From: Caecitellus pseudoparvulus
Lineage: Eukaryota > Protista > Bigyra: Bicosoecida
Length of the DNA: 64,000 nt
Direction of reading: 5' to 3'
Assembly: GCA_965644315.1 (NCBI GenBank)
Contig: CBFFRQ010000078.1
Location: 248,001-312,000 of the forward strand
Shown one piece after another: positions 51,601 through 61,100 of the stretch. Within the stretch, counting starts at the first letter, position 1, and each line of letters starts with the position of its first letter. The notes beneath the pieces were generated by a model that had not been told where the DNA came from, made no database searches, and worked only from the letters and a program-made list of their open reading frames with translations. A program made the position numbers and the translations under genes.

Positions 51601-54212
51601 GGGATGTGTGGTGGATGGGTGCGGGGGCCGCCGTGGTGGACTGCCACACGGGCTGGGCACAGCTGGCCTCCCGTGCTGAGCCATGCTCCCCCGCTGACGT
51701 GCCTGCCACGTGGCTGGCGTTTGCGCGTGGCGGCGCCCTGGGATTCATCACCACGCACGCGGGAGAGGGCGCTGTCACCTTGCGGGATGTTGTGGAGCTG
51801 CCCCCGTTCAAGCCCCTGCCTCTGTTGCTGCCTCACCGCTCCATCGCCTTGCGCGACATGGGGCTGGCGAGGGTGGCGACAGGCCGGGACGCCCTGCCAA
51901 ACGACTGGTGGCACGCCACCTCCACAGGCATCACCCTGGCACCCAGCGTGGCGGACTCCTCGCCGCCCATGTGGCAGGACAAGCAACCCTCCCACTCTGC
52001 GGTGCCTGCGACTCCAGACACTTCTGACCGCATCATCCCCGCCGGCGCCGCCCGCTTCAGTGCTGGAAGCCAGCCAGGCACTGCAACGCCACGACACGGC
52101 GTTGTCCCCGACACGGCTGTGGTTCGTGAGGGCTCAGCAGGGAGTCTGGGCGGCTCCCCCCACCACGCGAGTGACGCGGCGTCGCCTCGGGGCGATGTGA
52201 CAGCCTCCCCGGACAGCCGCGATATGACTGCCGACTCTGTCGATGGTGATGTGTTTGATTGGGCAGGGGACGATGCGCTGGGCGGCGGCGTCTTGGCGGC
52301 GGCACCTGCAGCTGGCTTTGCGGGCGCCGCGCTGTACGACGTGCTGGTCTCCGATGACCCCCACGAGGCAGGCGGGGGGTCGCTGCACGATGCATTCTCC
52401 ACCATTGGCGGCATAATGATGAGCGCACCTCCGCCGCCTGTCATGCGACTGGGGACCGATGCTATGGAGTGGCGTGGGGTGCCGGGGCGGCTGTTCGAGT
52501 CCCTCACCCTACGACAGCGGCGTGCCATGAAGCGGCGCCTGCTGCGCCTGCGAGCGTGGCAGGGTGCCAAGCAGCGGCCCTGGGCCCAGACGCCCAAGCA
52601 CCACGGTTGGCCCTCCGCGCGGCGCGGGAGGGGGGGGCAAGACGACGCCTACACCCTGCTGGTGCCCGCGGCAGCCGAGGCCGTGGCGGCGGCACTGCCG
52701 GTGGCCTTGCGGCACTCTGCTGGGGACTTCCTGTCCCAACACTGTGTGAACATGGGCGTGGACATGGTGCGGGGGCGGGAGGGGCTGTCCCAACAAGACC
52801 CCCTCGCGTGGGCCGGGCGTGCCCTGCGCCACATGGGGACGTGGCTGGGGGCGGAGTCACCACAGCAGCCCCCGCCCGCGGGCAAGGCACGGCGGCGGAG
52901 GGATGGGGCCTTGCCGGGGTTGCCCCCAGCTCCCGCCCCCTCAACACTGGACGTCAGCGAGCTGCAGGCACTGTGGTGGGTGGACCTGCGCAGCCCCAGT
53001 GAAGAGTTCCCCTGCGTGCCAGCGGCCTGGTCAGTCATGGCTTTCGAAGTGCCCCTGCTGTTGTCAGCAGCCATTGCGACGCTGCCGGACAGGGTGGACC
53101 CTGCCGCCCCCAGTGATGGCCGCCAGCGCCTCCGCCCGAGCGCTTGGATGGGTGTCATGGGCGGCACAGTGCGGTGGATTGCCAGTCTGGCAGACGGCCT
53201 GGATGCGGTGCAGGCACCCCCTCCGCTTGAGGAGGAAGAGGACGAGGCTTTGATCATCGGAGGCGGCGGCGCCCTGCCGCTGCTTGCAGAGAGCATGCTG
53301 CCAGACGAGGGTGCAGTGGCCGTGGCAGGGGATGCTGATGGGGATGACGTGGCCCTGCTTGAGGTGCAGTCCGCTGCTGGCTCGGCCATGGCTCTGCATT
53401 CCTCGTCCATGGCTGTCACGACGCAGGCATCCCCCCGACTGGCCAGCAGGGCAGCTGCCCGGCGCACTGCCCTGGCACCAGTGCGGCGGGCCACGCGACC
53501 GAAGCATGGGCCCACAGCCCGGCGCCGACCAGCTGCCCTGCGAGCCAGTATGGAGGGGCTTCTTGACATGCCCGCCCACAGCCGGAGTGGCGACTCCACC
53601 CGCCAGGGGGATGGGGATGTCCTGGCCCTCCCCGACCCCATGCGACTCCCAGTGGGGCTGCTGCACGCCTGGTCTGACTGCATGGCAGGCTCGAAGGGTG
53701 GTGTGCAGGCAAACGGTGGCGGGGACTCGTCACGTGCCCAGGCCACCATTGTGCTGGAGGGTGGCGTGGACGTGGTGGAGGGGGGCGCACAAGACGTGGC
53801 CCTGTCCAAGGTCCCCATCTCTTACGAGGCGCCAGCGTCGCTGAGTGCCCAGGACACACCAGGCCACAGCAGCAAAACGCCTGCCTCACGTGTGCCGCCT
53901 CGGCGCACACTGCTGCCTGCCGCCCTCGGCGTCACGCCTGCCGATGTCCGGGTGTACCAAAAGTACCTGGCGCTTGGCGACGAAGGCCAGGCCGCCAGCG
54001 TGGATGCTCTGCCACTCCTCGCAGCGGACCCAGGTCACGCTTCCACTAAGCTGTACTCCAGCTCGGTGCACCAGGGAGCAGGCTGTGTCTGTGCAGATGA
54101 CCTGTCAGGCAACGTCACTCTCGTGGCACAGTGCGTGCAGATGTCTGATGCCTCTGCTCTCCCCTGCCCTGTGGATGTCGAGGAGGCACTGCGGCAAATG
54201 CTGCGAGCATGA
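45627..54212 (+). CDS. FIG4: Very long SAC-domain phosphoinositide phosphatase, FIG4/Sac3-like
   Basis: SAC motifs GILGVVRFLRG, SHTYDVTRGLQ, LTLLARR...YAGTRYLKRG...ANHVETEQIV and RSSVP.WWKQ. Catalytic CX5R(T) in QSGVLRTNCMDCLDRTN. YEAAGDELAMQYAGS and D..RQDDMNVLLG are also present. The ORF is open from 45450; ATG 45627 is my tentative start. Confidence 0.85.
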   Translation: MAQHSDSVTPSGEDGLPGAPPLLPGAAGISEGLAPGTSESDWLANRAVDQAAGPALPPRYFDAQRHCLQHVVVQGSLLLVNAVSELPVYMQADALSGALYMGTRPGQPMRILTLLPGAAVNMGRTALRRDNVLVITPAPAVYRGPSITLRHANVMELARWATVLRAIAGIPAPWAEDCAPAVKLIVDGARARRRGHTAGAPRSVSASASLSPLKGDPAQAEARQARRLASRLSEAVYWLLLRGKDARDWHVPRLRRLLASLPAPQPRAQVGWATSPLPPGPATHLLPQPPLARWSAEVCADFGVNTDGYDVVTTPARVLAGIDPVALLPQPSASEAHSPASGGGPGRSSPAPGNAPSSPQSQGYMGQGIFLGEPPSSHRRNPSTTLPPAQAVAPSLDIIASPSIMLLSARAHPYSSALRSLPSAVQRQLMVGKRYRVLLLSRTAEPATEHSPGPARQPGRGTSPVAAAAASAARAEERAGTVQDFARCVLWGDEGTLFTSRQVAVLQALLRRDASPAELLGRMQRWQGEDHDTWELPSKAPSTVPVTHHKAAGILGVVRFLRGWSLVLLTGARLAATVGSQALSAITATDVLPVEWSLPDAHKSAWARLKELPKAVWRSVARDPVADADERYLAHLLSALASLQQGGYVSHTYDVTRGLQEQVGWYVPPASMSAAPQVVHPRPAHDSARPHLAPERHSPPTSHLKYVANAVDSVGMAGPGQEGKQLGAKHAVGFDWGWHLSRPLREALVMHSTGGQADGSRLPPSSWILPIAVGSVRQLTARTAGISVVLTLLARRAAQYAGTRYLKRGHNVLGAPANHVETEQIVDDTLGGLSAFRHLRSSVPDWWKQRGAVNIARPPITVPGIDVSTRLPAKAHMAGLMQRYGSPVCVLNLLKKAESTPRELHLQRSFASTIRQLNASLPPALRVQYFSLDFSAVNKAFKAVSVMMRSVAAGSQFRGASLTSPRPSAMPRNRAGTPGPKLDTSTPQQSTAEQHWTDAARVHIVSALTDAASWAASNTGMFVSRVAPRVVEALQGSVHDCPTTAEASGHPCPYAPGEETAPRGPTAVTPVQEAPLHTPTSTDKYPWADTAQSIHMQFQPGFRSCEDAGDWGGMRRVAMALPGGSSVLSLTMHHLPRHVHDASTPTLPPHAAVLSPAGRPSAADATSVLAFMRCVHREALGARAVRVDHQRMLGITGMEYGSMTHPGQAAEHAGHTAYVVCAPTPHLRWHPHADPRSVPALLPVRTACAGLASRMREVESVGVAGGGDVRACLNMECLQAFGLAPRQAGIFSSSSALEPAVAVSGAGAPAPRKRPSMGGAPAHLANSFATLTDFSDDESSEGTSSAWDGWGTASSHASSGRPSSSHQASPALVHVHHTRNSSSQQMFGPGVASAVRDAPGMAGTPPATFHMLAGAAQSGDFHARDEPHTQLPEAAADGAMGGPGRYLYVDLTPRQRCAPLPHTRSRVLRALDWKRQRASEGQRGPVPHREQCPMAMFQSGVLRTNCMDCLDRTNVAMEAVGVHMLGLQLKALGLLAHTPAPGHHHENVPASGQAGPRSQGAWEADVPGLNAASTFWSTPSLDLRSPLARYMMELYEAAGDELAMQYAGSEANKRLSALNQNAEFMFMNTVAGGAVPAATCSIAPPSSLGIGSPPLPPQHVLVDTGALPHLPIHGSLHGAVAALPSHARLRAWMSRVLQGTLPPPSPVPSNQASERLQLAQLCQLSAWQVIALSLSTPRLWNLTQDSGFTSLGLPLLPPPSAGKPSDEAPRAVMGFGPGDVAMRPAPRSHAAGGSSTAAFVLRRAGAEAVLTSVQRHISNQTSDYTRQDDMNVLLGRARPPLLRSLRPSARGAGSGMSPHLAKAVQLAAKRLVPEALHFWEMDGAEFRLHSPAAHLLRLLDATLPPPLGSYEPQLAHIDHAWVAAGAGGPDATPASTTPARGGRARRISTWQSPVPAAAGTDAGRAVAPQTPGRSDELPPLARPWNDLAAWERDVWWMGAGAAVVDCHTGWAQLASRAEPCSPADVPATWLAFARGGALGFITTHAGEGAVTLRDVVELPPFKPLPLLLPHRSIALRDMGLARVATGRDALPNDWWHATSTGITLAPSVADSSPPMWQDKQPSHSAVPATPDTSDRIIPAGAARFSAGSQPGTATPRHGVVPDTAVVREGSAGSLGGSPHHASDAASPRGDVTASPDSRDMTADSVDGDVFDWAGDDALGGGVLAAAPAAGFAGAALYDVLVSDDPHEAGGGSLHDAFSTIGGIMMSAPPPPVMRLGTDAMEWRGVPGRLFESLTLRQRRAMKRRLLRLRAWQGAKQRPWAQTPKHHGWPSARRGRGGQDDAYTLLVPAAAEAVAAALPVALRHSAGDFLSQHCVNMGVDMVRGREGLSQQDPLAWAGRALRHMGTWLGAESPQQPPPAGKARRRRDGALPGLPPAPAPSTLDVSELQALWWVDLRSPSEEFPCVPAAWSVMAFEVPLLLSAAIATLPDRVDPAAPSDGRQRLRPSAWMGVMGGTVRWIASLADGLDAVQAPPPLEEEEDEALIIGGGGALPLLAESMLPDEGAVAVAGDADGDDVALLEVQSAAGSAMALHSSSMAVTTQASPRLASRAAARRTALAPVRRATRPKHGPTARRRPAALRASMEGLLDMPAHSRSGDSTRQGDGDVLALPDPMRLPVGLLHAWSDCMAGSKGGVQANGGGDSSRAQATIVLEGGVDVVEGGAQDVALSKVPISYEAPASLSAQDTPGHSSKTPASRVPPRRTLLPAALGVTPADVRVYQKYLALGDEGQAASVDALPLLAADPGHASTKLYSSSVHQGAGCVCADDLSGNVTLVAQCVQMSDASALPCPVDVEEALRQMLRA

Positions 54213-54219
54213 CGGGAGG

Positions 54220-55089
54220 TCACTCCCGTGCTCGCTTCTTGGCCTTGCCTTTGCTCTTCTTCTTGCTCTTCTTCTTCTCTTTGCGAGCTGGCTTCGAAGA
54301 GCCACCTTGGGCAGATGCTGCTGAGAACAGCCCTCCGAAGAAATCCAATGAGCCTGCCAACGCATCCACTGGTGGACCGCTGTCGCTAGCTTTGCCGCTT
54401 GCGGCTGCTGAGCGCCCAGCCTGCCTTGAGTGCAGCAGACTCAAGTGCTGCTGTGGTGCTCCGCCGTCCCCCTTTGACGAGGAGCCTTTCCTCGGCCGCT
54501 TTGGTGCAGGTGCGGTCTCCTCAGCTTCGCGTACGTTGTCATGCTTAGCATCCGTGGAGGGCAAAGTGCTGCGTGCGAAGCGAAAGCGGCGCCTCTGGCG
54601 ACAGGTGTCGAGCTACACGATCTCCCACACTCACACAGTATCTGCACACGCCAAGGCGGCAAGTTGCAGGACTTGGGGCACTTGGGGGAGTGAGGCGGGG
54701 TCCGGAAGTCCGCGTTTCGCCATGAAACGCAGGCAGCGATGTAGCTGAGCAAGGACTGCCAAAGCGAAGGCAGACTCTCGTAGGAAGTAGCCTTGACCCG
54801 CCATGTCTGCCCACAGTGCAGCAGCTCGTGTCACAAGGCCAATACTCTGAAGGGGTGAACGGAAGCAAGTGGGAAAACGACGAGGCAGGCAGGCTGGTTT
54901 TCCAGGATCGCGCACCTTCGCAGCTGCCTCGAGGCGCTGTGTGCCCTGCATCTCAGGCCATACTGACTGCAGCTTCAGAATGGATTTCTGCGCCTGTACC
55001 GTGCTGCGGAAGTACTTTCCCCGGCGGTGCTGGTGGTGCCTGTTGCTTAGGAATGCATCGAGGTCAGCGAGAGGCGCGGCGAGGTCCAT
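54220..55089 (-). CDS. NEPRO/RMP1 (DUF4477)-like nucleolar RNase MRP-associated protein; exons 55089-54916, 54846-54635, 54568-54220
   Basis: NRHHQHRRGKYFR and DMAGQGYFLRESAFALAVLAQL resemble the family motifs N.NQHRR..YF and L..G.F.....LA.LARL. The Lys-rich tail KEKKKSKKKSKGKAKKR is nucleolar-type. Two GT-AG introns keep the frame. Confidence 0.55.
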
Positions 55090-55196
55090 GTCAGACGTCG
55101 TGGCTCCGCGTTGCAAGCCTCGCGTGACCGCACACGACAAGGAACAGCAAACGCACCAAGGCATCAAATGCTGTGCATTGAAGTGTGCTGGCTGCT

Positions 55197-58100
55197 CTAA
55201 TGCGGGTTGCACGTCATGGCCACGCCACGCAGGATCCAGTGTGAAGCAGGGAGGCGCGAGGGAATGTGGACACAGAAGACGAGGTGCAGGTCGGTGCGTG
55301 AGGCGTACTTGTACACTGGGCACAGGTATGCCGTGGCCGAACCGCGGTTCATGGTCTTCAGGCGCTCCGCAGCCTCCACCTTGGGCATCGCGCTGACGTG
55401 CATGACGGGCACTCGGGGGAAGAGCTCCTTGCCACTCTCCGCCAGAGCCCGCTCGTCGGCATCCCACTGGGCGCCGTCCATGTGCAGGCCGTACACAAAC
55501 ACGCCCTCAGCAGGCGGCTTCATGACCTGGTCCGCCTCTGCGTACTCCGTCACGCTGCCAATGTACTCCATGTTCTCGAGGGACCAGCCTGCTGAGCGGT
55601 GCGCTTGGGTGACCTCCTGCTTCATCGCAGTAAGGAAACCCTGCGGGTTGAAGAAGCCCGTCATCCAGAAGGCAGGCGGGCGCCCCTCTGCCAGCCAGTC
55701 ACGCATCTGGGCATCCCGGCGAGTAAGGGACTCGAACCAGTTCGACAGGCTGGGAGCACGCCAGGAGAACTCGTCCGCGGTGGCCGTGTACACCCACGAG
55801 TGAGGCACCCTGGCGCTGTAGATGGCAGTCATGGCATCCTGCAGCTCAGAAGTGATGACGACGTCGCCCCGCTGCGCGGCGGCAATGTTCTCCAGCATGT
55901 TCTTCACCTGGTCGATGACAGCAAACAGGCGCTGGGTCTCCTGGAATGCGAAGATGTTCAGGGGCACGGCGAGGCCCCCACGCCCCCGCTCCGACAAGGC
56001 ACGGATGACGTTCTCGTCCTTGTACACGGTGTGGTCCGGCAGGCGCTTCTCATAGTCGGCGCTGCGCTGGGTGATCTCTGCTTGCATGGCATCAGCGCCG
56101 CCACTGGCCGCGCCGCTGCTGGCGCCAGCGCCACTGGACACTGTCGGCTGTGTATCGGCGAGGGTGCCCAGGAAGGCCGCTGCCTCCCTGTTGCGGAATG
56201 ACAGGTCTGCGGTGGGGTGCAGGCCGAACACCTCAGGCGGGTCGATGTCATCCCAGGCCAGGATGTACTGGCGGTAGTAGTCCATGTCCATGCTGTCAGG
56301 CACAGCGTACTCAGACTCGAAGCGGGACAGCGGGCTGGCGGGCGTGAACTGGAAGTCGTCCTTCAAAATGCCAGGGGTGATCCACCGGTCCACGTACGTT
56401 GCGAGGAGGCGGCGGTCCATGTCATCCGTGACCTTGCCGCCGTACTGCACTTCTGCGATCATGAACTGCAGCGTCTTCCAGGAGATGGGGCCGCCGTACA
56501 GGTGCTTCTCCAGGAAGGTGAGGGACGCCGACAGGTCGCCAGTGTTGAACTCGTACGGCACACACCACCCCAGGGCGCCGAACTTGCGTCGCTCCTGCAC
56601 AATGCTGTGCATGAACGCCAAGCCGTACATGAGTTTGCGCCACATGAGGGCTTGGCTGGGCGTGTCGATGCGCTCCAGGCGGTCCTGGTCGATGATGGTG
56701 CGGTACGAGCGCAGGAGGCCGGCTCGCAGGCCAGAGGGCGGCTCCTGCGTCACCTTGGTGCTCATCTGCAGCAGCCCCAGGGGGAAGTCCTTGTGCGGCA
56801 GGGCGGTGATGAAGAAGCGGAAGTCCTCGTGCATGCTGTCCACCATGTCGTGCAGCCGGCCCTCCATGGAGTTCATGAGCTCCAGGGCCAACTCGCAGTT
56901 CTGCAGCAAGACCCAGGTGCCGTTCACAGCCGCCTTGGCCAGTTCGCGCTCAGCCACTTGCTCCTGCCCCTGCCCCATGGACACGCTGGCAAGGCTCTGC
57001 TTCTTCCGCTTGGCCAGGTGCTCGATGCTGTCGGTGGGGTCAGAGCCGACCGATAGCAGGAACACGACGGGAGTGCTGCAGTCCATGCTCTCGTACACCG
57101 ACTCAATGGTGTCTGTGACAGGCTCCACGTAGCGTGGCCCCATCTCCTCCGTCGCGCGGACGAAGTGGCGCATGACCAGCAGAGTGCGGTCCACACGCAT
57201 GGCGCGGATGAGCAGCAGGCGCAGCCATGCCCCAGTGTCCTTGTTCTCCTGCATGCGCATCTGGTACTCTGGCACCTCCGATTCCTCCGGCTCGGCAGAG
57301 TTGAACCACTGAGCCCATGCCAGCTCATTCCGTAGAATGTCGTCAGGAAGGGTGCGGAAGAAGGCTGAGCCCTGGGACAGCGCGATGACGTTCTTCCACA
57401 CGTCGTCTTCCTTGATCCACTCGGGCTTGCGCTTGGAGATGGTGCTCATCTCCAGGGCGGCTCCACCCCGCAGGAACAGCCCCACGTCGCCCTGGTTCAG
57501 GATGCCGTCAGTGACCAAGATCTTGATGGTGATGATGGACACAAACAGCAGCTTGTCAGCCTCGTACAAGCCCTTGTTAATGTACCGCCACACAAGTTCG
57601 GTCAGGGTGTCGATGATCTTCTGCACTCGCTTGGCAGCGACGGTGGCCTTCTCAGCCACCTGCATGGACTTCATGAACAAGGTGATGAACTGGGCCAAAG
57701 ACGTCTGGTACATGACGTTCACCAAGGACATCTCGACAATGGCAAAGTACAGCACTGCGCCGCGAGTGGCGACGGGGCGGTACACCTCGCGCTTCTCCTT
57801 GATGCTGTGCCGGGTGGTGTCGGCTGCTGCCAGCTTCTCCTTCACCTCCTGGCTCTTGGCCTTCGTGTTCGCCAGCACGTCCACCAGCTCCTCGTTCTCC
57901 AGCAGGTCCGTCTCCTGCGTCGTCAGCGTGCTGAGCAGCTGGTCGTCCAGGGTCATGAGCGCCTTGGTGTTGTCGTTCGCGTCCTCCAGAACCTGCTGCA
58001 GCAAGTCCTCCAGCGCCCGCTCCTCATGCGTCACGACGCGCCCCAGCAGCTGCTCCTCCAGCCCGCTCTGCGTGACAGTGAAGTCCACCACCGTGGTCTT

Positions 58101-61100
58101 CGCCTGCAGCTCGGGCGAGAAGTGTGGGTTGGGCAGGCGCGTGATGAAGAAGAGCTTGAAGTCGTCGCTGTAGTCCAGCAAGTCGTCTGCCACATTGATC
58201 TGCTTCACCAAGCCACCCGCGGAAGTGATGACTTGCTTCTCCAACACGGGGTCCAGCATGGGGTCGATGTTCTCCTCCACGCCCACCACGATCATGGTCT
58301 TGCCCCACTGCATGGTTTCCTTCAGGTCGTGCTTTAGCCGGGCCGAGTTCAGCGCAGTCGTCTCCCACACGGGCAAGCTGGCGCGTTCCTTGTTCTTGAT
58401 CCAGTGCAGCGCCTGGCCTTGAGGGTCCACCAGCAGGGGGTACCGCGTGGAGCGCGTCACCAGGATGCCGTTCTCGACACTCAGCGTGTCCGTGGGCAGG
58501 CCATCCAGGTTCCAGTCGCCAATGGTGGAGATGTCCACGAGGAAGTCTGACACAGACAGGTCCCCCGTGACTGCGATGCCACGCCGCTTGCAGTCGCCGA
58601 CGAACTTGTCAGCGATGAGGTACTCACGGAAGGGCTGGTTGAAAGCGCCCAAGTACGAGACGAACGCACACGCCACCGCGCAGTCGCCCACCAAGCGGCG
58701 CTTGACGTCAGCGAAAGTGTTGCTGTCCTCCATCCACCGCACCTTCTCCTCGTCCAGGCCTTGGATGAGGCTGGACGCCTGCTCCATGCGACGCTGCAGG
58801 GTCTGCGCGTGCTTCTCCACTTCCTCCCGATGTGCCACAGCGCCGTCGAACTCGGCCTTGAGGCCAGCCAGACGGCTGCGCGACTGCTCCTCCTTGCTCT
58901 GGGCATCTGCCAGGGCACGGTTTGCTTGGTCCAGCTGGGCCTCTGCGATCTCCAAAGCCTCCAGCTTGGGCTTGACGATCTTGGAGGCGAGGAAGTACGA
59001 GCGCATGGCGCGGACGTACACACACAGCCCACGTGCCGCGACAGAGCCACCGCCAGCCACCTCCGGATCGTACAGATACCACTCGGTGTACGGCGTGAGG
59101 AGCTCCACCATCTCCTCGTTCAGCACGCGGTCGCGCTCGAACTCCTTGATGTTCTCCACGAAGCGCGTCTCGGCCATCATCTGCAGGGCGGCCGCCCAGG
59201 AGGGCGTGATGAACTCGACAGGCTGGCGCTGCACAGACAGCTCCGTGAGCTTCAACGGCACGAGGGGCATCTGGAACAAGATGAGCACACCGTCCATCAC
59301 CACACGAATGACGTCAGGCGGCTTGGACAGCATGGTGATCTCTTGCACGTGCTTGCGGCTGATGGAGGCAATGGCCTCCTCAGCCTGCACGACGAAGGGC
59401 TGGGCCTTGGCCAGGTCAGCTTGGCAGGCATCGCGCTCCCGAGAGATGCGCTCCGCCTCCGCCTCACAGTCCGCCTTGATGCGGGCGACCACCTCTGACT
59501 CGCGCTGGGCCTGCTTGCTCTGCACATCCACCGACGTGAGCTTCTCATTGGCGGCTGCCGTGGCAGCTTCCACGTTGCGGCGCTCCTCGGCCAGGATGTG
59601 CTTCATGGCCTCCACGTCCTCCGCACCCTTCTCCAGCTTGGCCAGACCCTTGTTCACTCGCGACTCCTTCTCCCGCAGCTCGGCGATCTTCTCGCTGTAC
59701 AGGTGCTTGAAGTTGCGGATGAAAGAGAGGTAGGACTTGGGCGTCTGGTACACGCGGCGCTTGGACGAGGCGACGTACTCGTCGCAGACGGTGTTCACGC
59801 TGGTGTGCACGAAGCCCATGTGGGCGATGACGGCTTCTTTAGTCGCCGCATCGGTGTCCAGAGGGAACTCCGACAAGAAGCCACGGGACACCGCGACAAG
59901 GGCCTCCTCGGGCCACTCCAAGAACCAGTCAATGGTGCAGCCTGAAATGAGGCCAGGGAACTTGCGCGCACGCTCACGGAAGCGCGGGTCCACGGGGGAC
60001 ATGCATAGCACCACGTGCAGGTTGTCCCTGGCCAGGTCGAAGAAGTACTGCCGCAGGTTGTCGGGGTTGTCCTCCATGCCGGGGCGGGCCTCCAGGAAGT
60101 CCTGGCGCAGCTCCCCTGTCATCTGCAGCATCTCCTCCTTGGTGAAAAGGCCAGACACCTCCCCCGTCATGAGCAGGGAGTTGATGGCCTCCAGGAACGA
60201 CTCCGAGCGGATCTGCGTGTCCGTGAAGAGGAAGGCGACGCTCTGGCGCTGGTGCCCCGCCAACTTGTACATCTCTTTCAAATCTTCCTTGAGCTGGTTC
60301 AAACCGTAGCTCTTGGTCAACTGAATGCGGCGCAGCGTGGCGCGGCAGATGTACGCTGCAAGGCGAGCCAGGCTCTGCTTGCCGCTGCCGCCGACACCCA
60401 CAAGGAGGGCGGACCCCCCTGGCGTCGCCATGATGCGGGTGATGCGCACGAGGTGCCGCAGGGCATCGTCGAAGAGCACCAGCTCCAGGGTGAACGCTGG
60501 GTGGTCGGTGTTGTGCTTGGCCATGAACATCTCCACGCGCTCCCGGATGTTGGCGAGGGAGCCGCCGTCTTCGTAGATAAGAGGCGCTTCCTCCAGCACC
60601 TCATCTGTCTCGGGATCCACCTCTGCGTCGCGCAGGAAGTTGACAAAGTCAGAGCCCGTCTCGGAAGGCCCGGCCACCGCAGCCCGCGCGTCCTCGCCGA
60701 ACAGGGCAGTCATGATGCGGTCCATGACGCTGTTGTACCACTGCTTGTCGGCGTTGTTGATGAGCTTGTCCGAGAAGACACGCGCACACTCGTGGTGCCA
60801 CAGCTTGAGCAGGTTCAGCGCCTCGTTCTTGGAGGGCGTGGCCAGGCCACCCGTCAAGATGCTCGCCTTGGGCGTGAGCAAGATGCCCTGGAACACCCGG
60901 CTCAGGTCGCGCATGTTGAAGATGTAGTGATGCTTGGCCGGGGTGGGCAGCATGCGCTGCTTCACCAGGCGCCACAGGTCAATGGTGGCGGAGGTCAGGT
61001 TGTCCACGACACCCAGTGCCTCTGCGGAGAACTCCTCAGGCTTGAAGCGCCCGTGCAGCATCTGTCCGTACAGGTCGTCAATGGACTGGATGGACGGCGC

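Noticed and set aside
54631-54633. In-frame TGA between two same-frame ORFs suggesting readthrough/selenocysteine
   Set aside because: The TGA lies inside a GTGAGT donor of a 66-nt intron (54569-54634) that also contains a TAG; splicing explains it.
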